From Duncaniella sp. (GTDB taxonomy: Bacteria; Bacteroidota; Bacteroidia; Bacteroidales; Muribaculaceae): 50,204 nt of DNA. This document shows positions 21,787 through 30,260 of the stretch, in pieces. How positions within the stretch are numbered: position 1 is the stretch's first letter; every line of letters starts with the position of its first letter. A model generated the notes under the pieces. The model had not been told where the DNA came from. It did not search any database and saw only the letters and a list, made by a program, of their open reading frames with translations. The translations under genes and the position numbers were made by a program. The DNA is taken from positions 1-50,204 of the forward strand of contig JAFLRW010000001.1 in assembly GCA_022511285.1 (NCBI GenBank). The letters are read 5' to 3'.

Positions 21787-23883
21787 TTATTGATTCGATA
21801 GGGCGAGGGTCACGGTGCTGCCTCGGGCTATTAGGGTCCCGGGCGCGGGGTTCATGGATTTGACAAAACCGGAGCCTGTGATGGCTACATTGTAGCCCTC
21901 GGCTTCAAGTCGGATTATCGCTTCGCGGGCGCTGAGATGGCGCACATCGGGGATGCCGGAGCCTTTCTTCTCAGGGGCTTTGAGTGCCTTTCCGGAGGGG
22001 AGTGCAAACGGGTTTTTGAGGCGATTGTAAGAGTTGCGGTCCGTAGAGGCGTAGAAAGTGGGCCCTTGAGTGGATGGTGTGGCTGTGGTATAGTCGGAGG
22101 TGTTGTCAAGGAGACCGCGGGAGTAAAGTTTCATCGCGGTGTTTTTGAGCACCTGGCCTGAAGTGGTGGCAGCGCCGAAAAAGTTTTTCTTGGGATAGCA
22201 AGTGAGGACAATGCAGGAATATTTAGGCTTGTCGGCGGGGAAAAATCCGCAGAAGGCGAGGCGCTTCTTGGCGGTGTTATACTGACCGTTGGGGTCGATA
22301 GTGTAGCAGGTGCCGGTCTTTCCGGCAATCTTAACAAGGTCGTTGCGGAGGAATTTACCGGTGCCGTGGTCGCCCCACACCACGCGAGTGAGCATCTCGC
22401 GAAGGGTGGCTGCAGTCTGCGGAGAGCAAGCGCGTCCGTTGCCAATGTGGCCTACGGGAAGGATAGAATCAATCGTGCCTCGGAGTTCGCGGACCAAGCG
22501 CGGTTTGACAAACTCGCCATCGTTGGCTATCGCATTGTAAAGGGCGAGAGTGTAGATGGGGGGGATTTCAGTGGCATATCCATAGCATTGGCGCGACATG
22601 GCTATACGTCCGTCGCGGCGTGTTGGGACGGAGTCAATGCGCGGAGTGACTTCGCCTGCTATGCCGGTGTTGAGAGGGTCGAGGAATCCGAGCTGTTTGA
22701 TTCTGGAGTAGAAGCGTCCGGGGATAGAGTCGTAAGCTCGAGTGATGATGCGGGCCATTCCTATGTTGGAAGATTGTTCGATGACATCGCCGACGCGGAT
22801 AGAGGTGGAGTGGTGGGCATCGGTGATGGGACGTCCGCCCGCATAGGCCCATCCGGAGCCGGTGGGGAGGGTTTCGTCAAGGTTTTTGACAATGCCGTCC
22901 TCGAGAGCTATCATCATAGAGAGGGTTTTGACCACAGAGCCCGGCTCATATCGCATCACGGCGCGATTGAGGGCTTCGATATATTCGGTGCCGTCGGGGC
23001 TGAGCTCAAGGTTTGAGATTGCTTTGATGTCGCCGGTCTTTACGTCCATCAGCACTGCGAGCCCCCAGTCGGCGCCACAGGAGTCGAGGACATTGTTGAG
23101 TTCGTTTTCCAAAATGTCCTGCATATTTATGTCGATAGTGGTGACAATGTCGCATCCGGGGATTGCCGGGACTGCAGCCATATCGGCAATATCCTTTGTG
23201 AGATGCACCTTGTGGGTGTGGCCGGTGGTGCCGTAGAGGAGAGTGTCGAGAGCCATTTCAATACCTGAAATGCCGTGGATTTCCTTGCTCAAACTTGTCT
23301 CGCCGACACGGCCGATGGAGCGTTTCGCCATGTTGCCGTATGGGTTGAAGCGGCGCATATATCTCTCGAATGTGAGGCCGGAGTGGTTGCGGCTCCGTTT
23401 TCTGAAGTAGGGGAATGTTTTGATGAGCTGCATATCGGCGTGGCTCAGCCCGGAGATGAGCTTGTAGGCTCTCGGGCGCTTGTTGGGCGCTGTGTCGAGA
23501 GGCTTCAGGAGGTGTGATTTCCACTCGGCCGCTGTCCTGACGGGGAAGTGGATGGCCATCTGTTCGGCAAGGGCGTCAATGGAGTCGCGGAGGGTCTTGG
23601 GTGAGAACTTCTCAGCCCTGTAGTCAAGACGCGCGGTGTAGAAATTGAGGTTGGTGGCAAGAATTGAGCCGTCGGAGGCGAGGATGTTTCCGCGATGAGG
23701 GATTATCTCGAAGCTCTCGCTCATTTCCCTCGAGGTTCGTTCGTTCCAGAAGTCGGCATAGACCACGGTGTTTTCAGTCAAGGTCATTATAATCTTGGCT
23801 GAGAACATTAGGATGCCGAGCACCACGATGCCGTAGCGGAAAAGGATGTTTGTGCGGTTGTCGTTGGCTTTTTTTGCTGCCAT
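21787..23883 (-). CDS. ftsI: Class B penicillin-binding transpeptidase with C-terminal PASTA domain
   Basis: EPGSVVK (SxxK), SSN, KTGT motifs; N-terminal TM helix; IPDV...PASTA tail. Confidence 0.92.
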   Translation of the reverse strand: MAAKKANDNRTNILFRYGIVVLGILMFSAKIIMTLTENTVVYADFWNERTSREMSESFEIIPHRGNILASDGSILATNLNFYTARLDYRAEKFSPKTLRDSIDALAEQMAIHFPVRTAAEWKSHLLKPLDTAPNKRPRAYKLISGLSHADMQLIKTFPYFRKRSRNHSGLTFERYMRRFNPYGNMAKRSIGRVGETSLSKEIHGISGIEMALDTLLYGTTGHTHKVHLTKDIADMAAVPAIPGCDIVTTIDINMQDILENELNNVLDSCGADWGLAVLMDVKTGDIKAISNLELSPDGTEYIEALNRAVMRYEPGSVVKTLSMMIALEDGIVKNLDETLPTGSGWAYAGGRPITDAHHSTSIRVGDVIEQSSNIGMARIITRAYDSIPGRFYSRIKQLGFLDPLNTGIAGEVTPRIDSVPTRRDGRIAMSRQCYGYATEIPPIYTLALYNAIANDGEFVKPRLVRELRGTIDSILPVGHIGNGRACSPQTAATLREMLTRVVWGDHGTGKFLRNDLVKIAGKTGTCYTIDPNGQYNTAKKRLAFCGFFPADKPKYSCIVLTCYPKKNFFGAATTSGQVLKNTAMKLYSRGLLDNTSDYTTATPSTQGPTFYASTDRNSYNRLKNPFALPSGKALKAPEKKGSGIPDVRHLSAREAIIRLEAEGYNVAITGSGFVKSMNPAPGTLIARGSTVTLALSNQ

Positions 23884-23913
23884 CTTGATAGAGGAGATTA
23901 GGTGTGTGTTGTG

Positions 23914-24243
23914 TTATTTAGGTTGGATTGTGTAGGCCGGTTGTGGCTGAACTCGCAGACCAAGATGTAGAGAGTCTACCATCTGCTGCATAGATGTTTC
24001 GCGTGTGCGGCTGCGGAATTTGCTTCGTTCGCGGTCCCGTTCGTTTTCAATAGTTTCGAGTTTCTGTTCGAGAGCCGTGATATGTTCGATGTTGCTGCGA
24101 TAGGTGAATTTAGTGGTGATATAGACCATCATCACTATGATGAATATTACGATGGGGAGCCAGTGGCGAGCAAAGAAATCAATGGATATAACCTGTCCGA
24201 AGGCTACCCGTCTGCCTATTCCCGATTTTTTTGTTTTGGCCAT
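23914..24243 (-). CDS. ftsL: FtsL-like cell division protein
   Basis: Small TM plus coiled-coil protein between rsmH and ftsI. Confidence 0.8.
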   Translation of the reverse strand: MAKTKKSGIGRRVAFGQVISIDFFARHWLPIVIFIIVMMVYITTKFTYRSNIEHITALEQKLETIENERDRERSKFRSRTRETSMQQMVDSLHLGLRVQPQPAYTIQPK

Positions 24244-24259
24244 GATTAGGATGTTGAGA

Positions 24260-25183
24260 TTAAATTTTTTCAGCTATGCGGAGTTTTGCGGATCGAGAGC
24301 GGGGGTTGCGCTCAATTTCTTGGGCGGTTGGGATTATCGGCTTTGAGGAGAGCTGGCGCAGGGGGGCCTGGATGTGTCCGTAGAAGTCTTTGTTGACTAT
24401 TCCTTCGATGTTTCCGGTCTTCAGGAAGTTTTTGACGAGGCGGTCTTCGAGGCTGTGGTATGTGATAATTGCGATTCTGCCATTCGGGCGGAGCAGGCGA
24501 GGGGCAGAGTTGAGGAGGGCTCTCAGTGCGGAGAGCTCGTCGTTGACGTAGATTCGCAGTGCCTGAAACACCTGTGCAAGCTCCTTTTTTTCTTTCCTTG
24601 GGTCAATTAGGGGCGAGATGGTGTCGAGGAGCGACGAGATGGTCTCAAACGGGTGTCCCTGGTTCCTGCGGCGGATGATTGCGTCGGCTATACGGCGGGC
24701 CTGGGCGAGCTCGCCATAGTTCTTTAGGATTGATGTCAGTGATTCAGGCGATGCGGTGTTGAGGAGTTCGGCGGCCGTGAGGCGGGCGTTGCGGTTCATG
24801 CGCATATCGAGCGGGCCGTCGGCGCGGAAGGAGAATCCGCGTGTGGCATCGTCGAAATGATGTGACGACACTCCGAGGTCGGCCAGAATACCGTCGACGG
24901 CTGTGACGTTGTGGAATCGCAGGAAGTTTGTGATGTAGCGGAAGTTGGAGTGGACCATCACGAGTCGGGGCTCATCCTTGGGGGCGCGGGCTATGGCATC
25001 GGTGTCCTGGTCGAAGGCGAACACGCGACCGCCTTCAGAGGCCGAGAGGCGCTCAATGATGGCGTTTGTGTGGCCTCCACCGCCATAGGTGGCGTCGACG
25101 TAGGTCCCTGATGGCTTGATATTGAGGCCGATGATGGTCTCGTCAAGGAGTGCAGGAATATGGTAGGGGATGGAGGCAGACAT
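24260..25183 (-). CDS. rsmH: 16S rRNA m4C1402 methyltransferase
   Basis: YHIPALL, DATYGGGGH, DLGVSS, HSLEDR, NPRSRSAKLR. Start set to ATG 25183. Confidence 0.96.
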   Translation of the reverse strand: MSASIPYHIPALLDETIIGLNIKPSGTYVDATYGGGGHTNAIIERLSASEGGRVFAFDQDTDAIARAPKDEPRLVMVHSNFRYITNFLRFHNVTAVDGILADLGVSSHHFDDATRGFSFRADGPLDMRMNRNARLTAAELLNTASPESLTSILKNYGELAQARRIADAIIRRRNQGHPFETISSLLDTISPLIDPRKEKKELAQVFQALRIYVNDELSALRALLNSAPRLLRPNGRIAIITYHSLEDRLVKNFLKTGNIEGIVNKDFYGHIQAPLRQLSSKPIIPTAQEIERNPRSRSAKLRIAEKI

Positions 25184-25203
25184 AAGATTGGGAATTAGAG
25201 TCC

Positions 25204-25235
25204 CAAAGTTACGCAAAATAATTTGCAAACTCAAA
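25204..25235 (-). promoter_or_regulatory. Proximal dcw promoter: TTTG-N20-TAACTTTG
   Basis: Both Bacteroidota consensus elements with 20-nt spacing. Confidence 0.8.
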
Positions 25236-25387
25236 CACCCGAAGACAAAAAAGTTATCAACATAGCGATTTTTATTTGCGTTTGCAAATTTTGGTTGGTG
25301 ACAGACGCTATCCGAAGGTCAAAATCCGGCACTCGGAAAGTAGATGCATAAAGTCAAGTGAGTGGCATAAGTGGTTGAGTTATAGTG

Positions 25388-25395
25388 CAAAGTTA
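25388..25395 (-). promoter_or_regulatory. Distal -7 element TAACTTTG
   Basis: Consensus match; its expected -33 position falls inside the first direct repeat. Confidence 0.6.
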
Positions 25396-25407
25396 GGTTG
25401 TTTTTTT

Positions 25408-25494
25408 GTTTCCTCATAATTTTTTTCGGGGAAAACCATAGTTTCCTCACAATTTTTTTGATGGAATTACCCCTGTTTCCTCACAATTTTTTGG
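25408..25494. repeat. Three direct repeats GTTTCCTCA(C/T)AATTTTTT
   Basis: Copies start at 25408, 25441 and 25475 (33 and 34 bp apart). Confidence 0.9.
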
Positions 25495-25504
25495 GTTTGG
25501 GCAG

Positions 25505-25536
25505 AAAAAACGCCCGCTCGGGTGATGAGCGGGCGT
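25505..25536 (-). terminator. Intrinsic terminator of the T9SS-type gene
   Basis: 10-bp stem ACGCCCGCTC/GAGCGGGCGT, 7-nt loop, U-tract on the minus strand. Confidence 0.9.
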
Positions 25537-25557
25537 GTGGGTTAAGGGGGTGTGATA

Positions 25558-27006
25558 TTAGCGAATCACTTTTGTGACGGTGTTGCCCTGACGGCGGATG
25601 AAGATGCCGCCCTCGGGGTTGGCTACGCGGATGCCCTGGAGGTTGAAGTATTCAACCGGGGCGTCGCTGTCGGCAGCCTCAATGGCGGTGAGGGCCGATG
25701 AGGTGGGTGCGTAGTAGACGGTCATTGTCTTGATGGCGGGGTTGCTGCCGGTTGCTTCCTTGGAGAAAGATACGGTGTTGACAGTGCCTTCGGGTGTCCA
25801 GGTGCTGCCGTTGAGAGCGCCGTTGGAGATGGTCCAGCCGGTGAGGTTTGTGCCGTTAAACTTGATGGAGGTGAGTTTGTAGCCCTCGTCGCAAGCTAAG
25901 GTGACGGTGTTGTCCTTATAGAAACGGAGGGTCCATCCGGCGTTAGAGCCTGTGCCGTAGTAGAAGCGGGGCTTGCTTGAAGCGTCCTCGGTGGCAGCGA
26001 AAGAGATGGTGACGACGTCGTTGGTAAAGCTTTCGCCGTCGAGGATGTATTCGTCATTGCTTTCGCCTTCGTCGCTATAGTCAGCGCTGAATAGAGAGGG
26101 CTTGGTGAAGTCGAAGGTTACAGACTCTTCGGTGGGCACGTCGGGCTGGTCGGGGTCGACTTCGGGAGCGGTGTATTCAAGGATTTTGCTGCCGGAGGTG
26201 AACTCGTAGGTGCCGTTGTAGTTGACGAGCTTACCATCGACGGTGACTTTGCCGCCCACGGCGATTTGGTTGGCGTCGGTGAACTTGGTGCCGTCAAGGT
26301 AGTAGCCGCGGTAAACTTCGAGGCTTGCCTCGTCGGTGAGGGCGTCTTTGATAAAGTAGGTTGCGTTGCCGAAAGATGTGTTGACCTCTTGGATTTCAGA
26401 GATAACGCCTGTCACCTGAGCATCGCCCTCGAAGCCCTTTGAGATGAGGTCGAGAGCCTCGGCCACGGTGTAGTGAGGAGTTTCGGTCGGAGTCTCGGGC
26501 TCGTCGGGTTCGGTTTGACCTTGTCCGGCAGAATATGTCACTTCAACAGCTTTGAAGCGAAGCTGGCCGGCCTTGTTCGTGTCTGTGCCAAAGTCGGCTT
26601 TGGCGCCTATCGAGAGGGTGAATTTAGATGCATCGCCGGTCCAAGTGAGCTGGGTGTCGCCCTGAGCCTGTGGAGCCACGGTGCCGAGTGAGGCTGAAAC
26701 AGCAGCGAGCTGAGAATTGTCGCTGATGGTGAAAACGAGTTTTTCAACTTTGTAGCCCTCAGCGGCGGTTACGGTCATTGAGTTGTTGGCATAGAGACGA
26801 ATGTCTTTTCCGTTGTTGAAATAGCCGGGGTCATTGGAGCCTGAACCTTTGGCAAAAGAGAGAGTGACGGCATTGCCAATGGTGACATCGGTCATCGGCT
26901 GGATATTAGCGCCTCCGAGAGAGGAACACGTGAAGGTTTCCGTTGCGGCAGATGCGGCAAAAGTTGCCATCACAGCAGTAGCAAAAGAGAGTAAAAATTT
27001 CTTCAT
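25558..27006 (-). CDS. Secreted protein with central OB-fold-like domain and T9SS-type C-terminal signal
   Basis: Signal peptide; TVAEAL...FGNATYFI...KVTVDGKLVNY; tail VEYFNLQGIRV...QGNTVTKVIR; promoter element at 27062-27069. Confidence 0.85.
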   Translation of the reverse strand: MKKFLLSFATAVMATFAASAATETFTCSSLGGANIQPMTDVTIGNAVTLSFAKGSGSNDPGYFNNGKDIRLYANNSMTVTAAEGYKVEKLVFTISDNSQLAAVSASLGTVAPQAQGDTQLTWTGDASKFTLSIGAKADFGTDTNKAGQLRFKAVEVTYSAGQGQTEPDEPETPTETPHYTVAEALDLISKGFEGDAQVTGVISEIQEVNTSFGNATYFIKDALTDEASLEVYRGYYLDGTKFTDANQIAVGGKVTVDGKLVNYNGTYEFTSGSKILEYTAPEVDPDQPDVPTEESVTFDFTKPSLFSADYSDEGESNDEYILDGESFTNDVVTISFAATEDASSKPRFYYGTGSNAGWTLRFYKDNTVTLACDEGYKLTSIKFNGTNLTGWTISNGALNGSTWTPEGTVNTVSFSKEATGSNPAIKTMTVYYAPTSSALTAIEAADSDAPVEYFNLQGIRVANPEGGIFIRRQGNTVTKVIR

Positions 27007-27117
27007 ACGATGCTGAGGTGTTGTTTTTGATGGATTATTTGTATTGGTTAATTGATAATCGCAAAGGTAATTAATTATTTTGAGAGAAAGAACAGATTTT
27101 AGTGAAAATCAAACTCT

Positions 27118-28218
27118 TTAGGGGTTTATTTTGTCAAAATAGGTGTCGAGGATTTCGCGTGCGGCGGTGAATGGGCTTTGTCGCTGCCGGAGCACCCGAG
27201 ATTCCTTTTCGGCAATCAGGCTGTGAATCATAGGGTTGTCGTAGAAGTGAGCCCGGAGCTGCGAGTCGATTGTCTCAAACATCCAATAGCGAGCCTGGCT
27301 TGCTCGGCGAGAGTCGAAATAGCCGTTGGCTTTGACGTGGGCAAAGTAGCGGTCAATCATATCCCAGATTTCGGGGATTCCGATTTCGTAGTAACCGGAG
27401 TAAGTCAGCACCTCGGGAGTCCAGCCCGAAGGGGGTGTGGGGAACAGATGGAGGGCGTTTCGGAACTGAGCTTGAGCCAGGAGGGCTCGTGGGATGTTGT
27501 CGCCGTCGGCCTTGTTGATAATAATGCCGTCGGCCATCTCCATGATTCCGCGTTTGATGCCCTGAAGCTCGTCGCCGGTGCCGGCGAGCTGAATGAGGAG
27601 GAAGAAGTCGACCATCGAGTGGACCGCCGTTTCGCTTTGCCCTACACCGACGGTTTCGACGAGGATAGTGTCGTAACCGGCCGCCTCGCAGAGGATGATA
27701 GTCTCACGCGTCTTGCGAGCCACGCCGCCGAGAGAACCGGCCGAAGGGCTGGGGCGAATGAACGCGTCGGGGTGGACAGCGAGCTTTTCCATGCGGGTTT
27801 TGTCGCCCAGGATGCTGCCTTTGGTGCGCTCGCTTGAGGGGTCGATGGCCAGGACAGCTATGCGGTGGCCTTGATTTATGGCGTGGATTCCGAAGGTGTC
27901 GATAGATGTGCTTTTCCCGGCGCCGGGGACCCCCGTGATGCCTATTCGACGCGAGTCGCCGGAATGAGGGAGGCACTTTTCAATAATCTCTTGAGCGATG
28001 GCCTGATGGGGCTGCGCAGTGCTTTCGATGAGGGTTACAGCTCGCGAGAGCATCGTGATGTCGCCGCGGAGTATGCCTTGGATTATTTCGGAGGTTGAGG
28101 GGGTGTTGTCGCGGCGCCGCTGACGCGGGCGGAGGTAGGGGTTGACGGTGGGTGGTTGTGGTATGCCCGGGTTGACTGTGAGGCCGGAATAGGAGTCGGA
28201 ATTTTCGGGGTGCTGCAT
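27118..28218 (-). CDS. meaB: Methylmalonyl-CoA mutase-associated GTPase
   Basis: GITGVPGAGKST, GSILGDKTRM, ETVGVGQSE, NKAD. Confidence 0.95.
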   Translation of the reverse strand: MQHPENSDSYSGLTVNPGIPQPPTVNPYLRPRQRRRDNTPSTSEIIQGILRGDITMLSRAVTLIESTAQPHQAIAQEIIEKCLPHSGDSRRIGITGVPGAGKSTSIDTFGIHAINQGHRIAVLAIDPSSERTKGSILGDKTRMEKLAVHPDAFIRPSPSAGSLGGVARKTRETIILCEAAGYDTILVETVGVGQSETAVHSMVDFFLLIQLAGTGDELQGIKRGIMEMADGIIINKADGDNIPRALLAQAQFRNALHLFPTPPSGWTPEVLTYSGYYEIGIPEIWDMIDRYFAHVKANGYFDSRRASQARYWMFETIDSQLRAHFYDNPMIHSLIAEKESRVLRQRQSPFTAAREILDTYFDKINP

Positions 28219-28234
28219 AGCTGAAATTGTGGGA

Positions 28235-29311
28235 TTATTTTACTTCGGCAACGACTCGGACGGTTGTGGTGGGGTTGGCCGGATCGTTGGCTATGATGTT
28301 GACTCTGGCATTAAGGAGTTCGGCCGAGGATGGTATTAGAGCGGGGTCGATGGTGACGGTGACCGAGGTCTTTTTGCCCGGCTTGATGCGTGTGTTCTTG
28401 ATAGAAATGTTTGACACGGCGGGGTCGGTGCAGGAAATGCGTCGGACTACGAGGGTGGAGCGGCCGCGGTTGATGATGTCGAAAGAGTGGCGCGCGGGGG
28501 ATGAGGAGCGGGAGATTGTGCGGAGGTCAAGGGCCGTGGTCGATGTGTCGAGCTGCGGAGCTTCGGCAAGCTGAGTGTCGGTGAGGTGTGAGAAGTCTTC
28601 GGCCACGATGGCTACAGTCTCTATTTTGACCGGATTGTCGCCCGGCCGCGGAGCTACGAGGATAGAGTCGGTGACCGGTCCCCACTCGGGGGTGCGGGTG
28701 GTGTAGAGGATTGTGGATACTATGAACTGTTCGCCCGGGGGCACGACTGGGGGCTGGATGGATGATGAGATATAGGAGGGAGTGTGGATGATGGTGGGGC
28801 GTATGGTGTCGGGGGTGGTATTGTAGGCTTCGATATATTGCCCGGGAGTGGTGCCGTGAATCACTTTTCCGTAGGGGATGGTGAGAGTGCGTAGGCGGAT
28901 GGCGCCCGCTTGTATGGGGAAGCGAGTTGCGAGGGTGTTGGCGGCGCCGATTACTGTCCCGGAGATGGTGAGGCGGGTGCGAAGTGGGTCGGCGCTGCAG
29001 TCAACCACAATTTGTTTTTGGAATCGGCCGGGGCGTCCGACGGCGTCGAACCCAACTCTGATTGTGGCGGTGTCGCCGGGGGCAATCGGGGCGGTGGAGT
29101 ATTCCGGACGGGTGCATCCGCAGTTGGCGCGCGCGCTCAGAATGGCAATGGGCTGTGAGGAGGTGTTGACGAGCGAGAAGGTGCAGTAGACGGTGCCGAG
29201 GTCTTCGGAGAAAGCTCCGAAGTCGTGGGCTGTGGCAGTCCACGAGGCCTGAGCGGAGGCAGAGAGGGTGATTATGATGGCGGCCAGGAGGTGGAGGAGG
29301 TGACGAATCAT
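28235..29311 (-). CDS. DUF1573 domain protein (multi Ig-like)
   Basis: HDFG...NCGCT...PIAPG motif; signal peptide. Confidence 0.9.
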   Translation of the reverse strand: MIRHLLHLLAAIIITLSASAQASWTATAHDFGAFSEDLGTVYCTFSLVNTSSQPIAILSARANCGCTRPEYSTAPIAPGDTATIRVGFDAVGRPGRFQKQIVVDCSADPLRTRLTISGTVIGAANTLATRFPIQAGAIRLRTLTIPYGKVIHGTTPGQYIEAYNTTPDTIRPTIIHTPSYISSSIQPPVVPPGEQFIVSTILYTTRTPEWGPVTDSILVAPRPGDNPVKIETVAIVAEDFSHLTDTQLAEAPQLDTSTTALDLRTISRSSSPARHSFDIINRGRSTLVVRRISCTDPAVSNISIKNTRIKPGKKTSVTVTIDPALIPSSAELLNARVNIIANDPANPTTTVRVVAEVK

Positions 29312-29325
29312 AGTCAGAAGCGGGG

Positions 29326-29715
29326 TTATTTTTTCTTAGCCGGGATTACGGAGCCTGAGAACCGGAGCTTTAGGCGCGACTTCTGTGAAGAAAGCTGCAC
29401 CTTGACTTCGCGCGACACCTCGCCACGGAATGTCGAGGGGTTGAAGGTGATGGTTATTTCGCCTTTTTCGCCGGGTTTGATGGGGCGGGGTGAGAACTCC
29501 GGACGGGTGCATCCGCAACCTCCGTTGGTGACGGTGACGATGGCTACGGGGGCTGAAGATGTGTTGGTGTAGGTGTAATGCATGGTGACAGGGCCTCCGT
29601 CGGCGCGAACAGAACCGAAGTCAATGTTGGTGCTGTCGAAAGTGAGCGGACCCTTGGCTAAGGCTGTAATGGCGAGCAGCGTGATGGCCAAGAGAGATGT
29701 GATTAGTCTGTGCAT
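29326..29715 (-). CDS. DUF1573 domain protein (single domain)
   Basis: IDFG...GCGCTRPEF...PIKPG. Start set to ATG 29715, downstream of promoter element 29741-29748. Confidence 0.9.
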   Translation of the reverse strand: MHRLITSLLAITLLAITALAKGPLTFDSTNIDFGSVRADGGPVTMHYTYTNTSSAPVAIVTVTNGGCGCTRPEFSPRPIKPGEKGEITITFNPSTFRGEVSREVKVQLSSQKSRLKLRFSGSVIPAKKK

Positions 29716-29776
29716 AGTATGAGAGTGGCTTGTTTTTGCGCAAAGGTAGTGAATTTTTCGGAAATATAATGAAGAA

Positions 29777-29826
29777 TCGGAGCTATCGGAGTTATCTGTA
29801 ACAATAGACAAATCCGATAGCTCCGA
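29777..29826. repeat. Long inverted repeat (REP- or terminator-like hairpin)
   Basis: Perfect 14-bp arms TCGGAGCTATCGGA / TCCGATAGCTCCGA, extending imperfectly inward. Confidence 0.8.
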
Positions 29827-29881
29827 GTGAAGAGCTAAAAGAGAATAGACTCTTTATTTGGGGATGTCGACCGAAATAAGC

Positions 29882-29935
29882 TTACGAAAAGAGGCTGTTT
29901 TTATAGACTAATTGGCGAAGTATACTAAAATCCAT
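29882..29935 (-). pseudogene. Probable stump of a toxin gene (MDFSILRQLVYKNSLFS*)
   Basis: ATG 1 nt after the antitoxin stop, in the position the GNAT occupies in the 34.5-kb module; ends near the repeat. Confidence 0.4.
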
Positions 29936-29936
29936 C

Positions 29937-30095
29937 TTACCATTGAAAATTACTAATTGATTTCATGGTCTCATAGGCTTTCCTCGCCCTTTCCTTATCC
30001 TCCTTGGAAACAGGTTTTGGGTTCGATATGAGAGTCTCAAATCGAACTGCATCTTTGCCCTTTAGTTCGGGCGTTTCCTTAATCGGTCTTGCCAT
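29937..30095 (-). CDS. 52-aa putative antitoxin MARPIKETPELKGKDAVRFETLISNPKPVSKEDKERARKAYETMKSISNFQW (not in ORF track)
   Basis: Translated by hand; promoter element TAAATTTG at 30122-30129; N-terminus similar to the 34576 protein. Confidence 0.8.
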   Translation of the reverse strand: MARPIKETPELKGKDAVRFETLISNPKPVSKEDKERARKAYETMKSISNFQW

Positions 30096-30195
30096 ATTAT
30101 GTCCCCTTTTGGTTTCTATTGCAAATTTACGGATAATTTTTGAAATATAACACTGTTTGAATTAAATAGTTCGGCGAACAGTTTTTGGCAAAATA

Positions 30196-30228
30196 GCCCC
30201 GCAAGCCTTTTGTGACAGGCTGCGGGGC
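30196..30228 (-). terminator. Intrinsic terminator of the FKBP operon
   Basis: GCCCCGCA(A)GCCT...AGGCTGCGGGGC stem followed by TATTTT on the minus strand. Confidence 0.75.
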
Positions 30229-30260
30229 CGGATTTATGAAGTGTTTGTTGGGGGTGTCGA

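Noticed and set aside
25408-25494. Mini-CRISPR reading of the triple repeat
   Set aside because: Repeats (~19 bp) and spacers (~14 bp) are too short, there are only three units, no cas genes, and the array overlaps a promoter.
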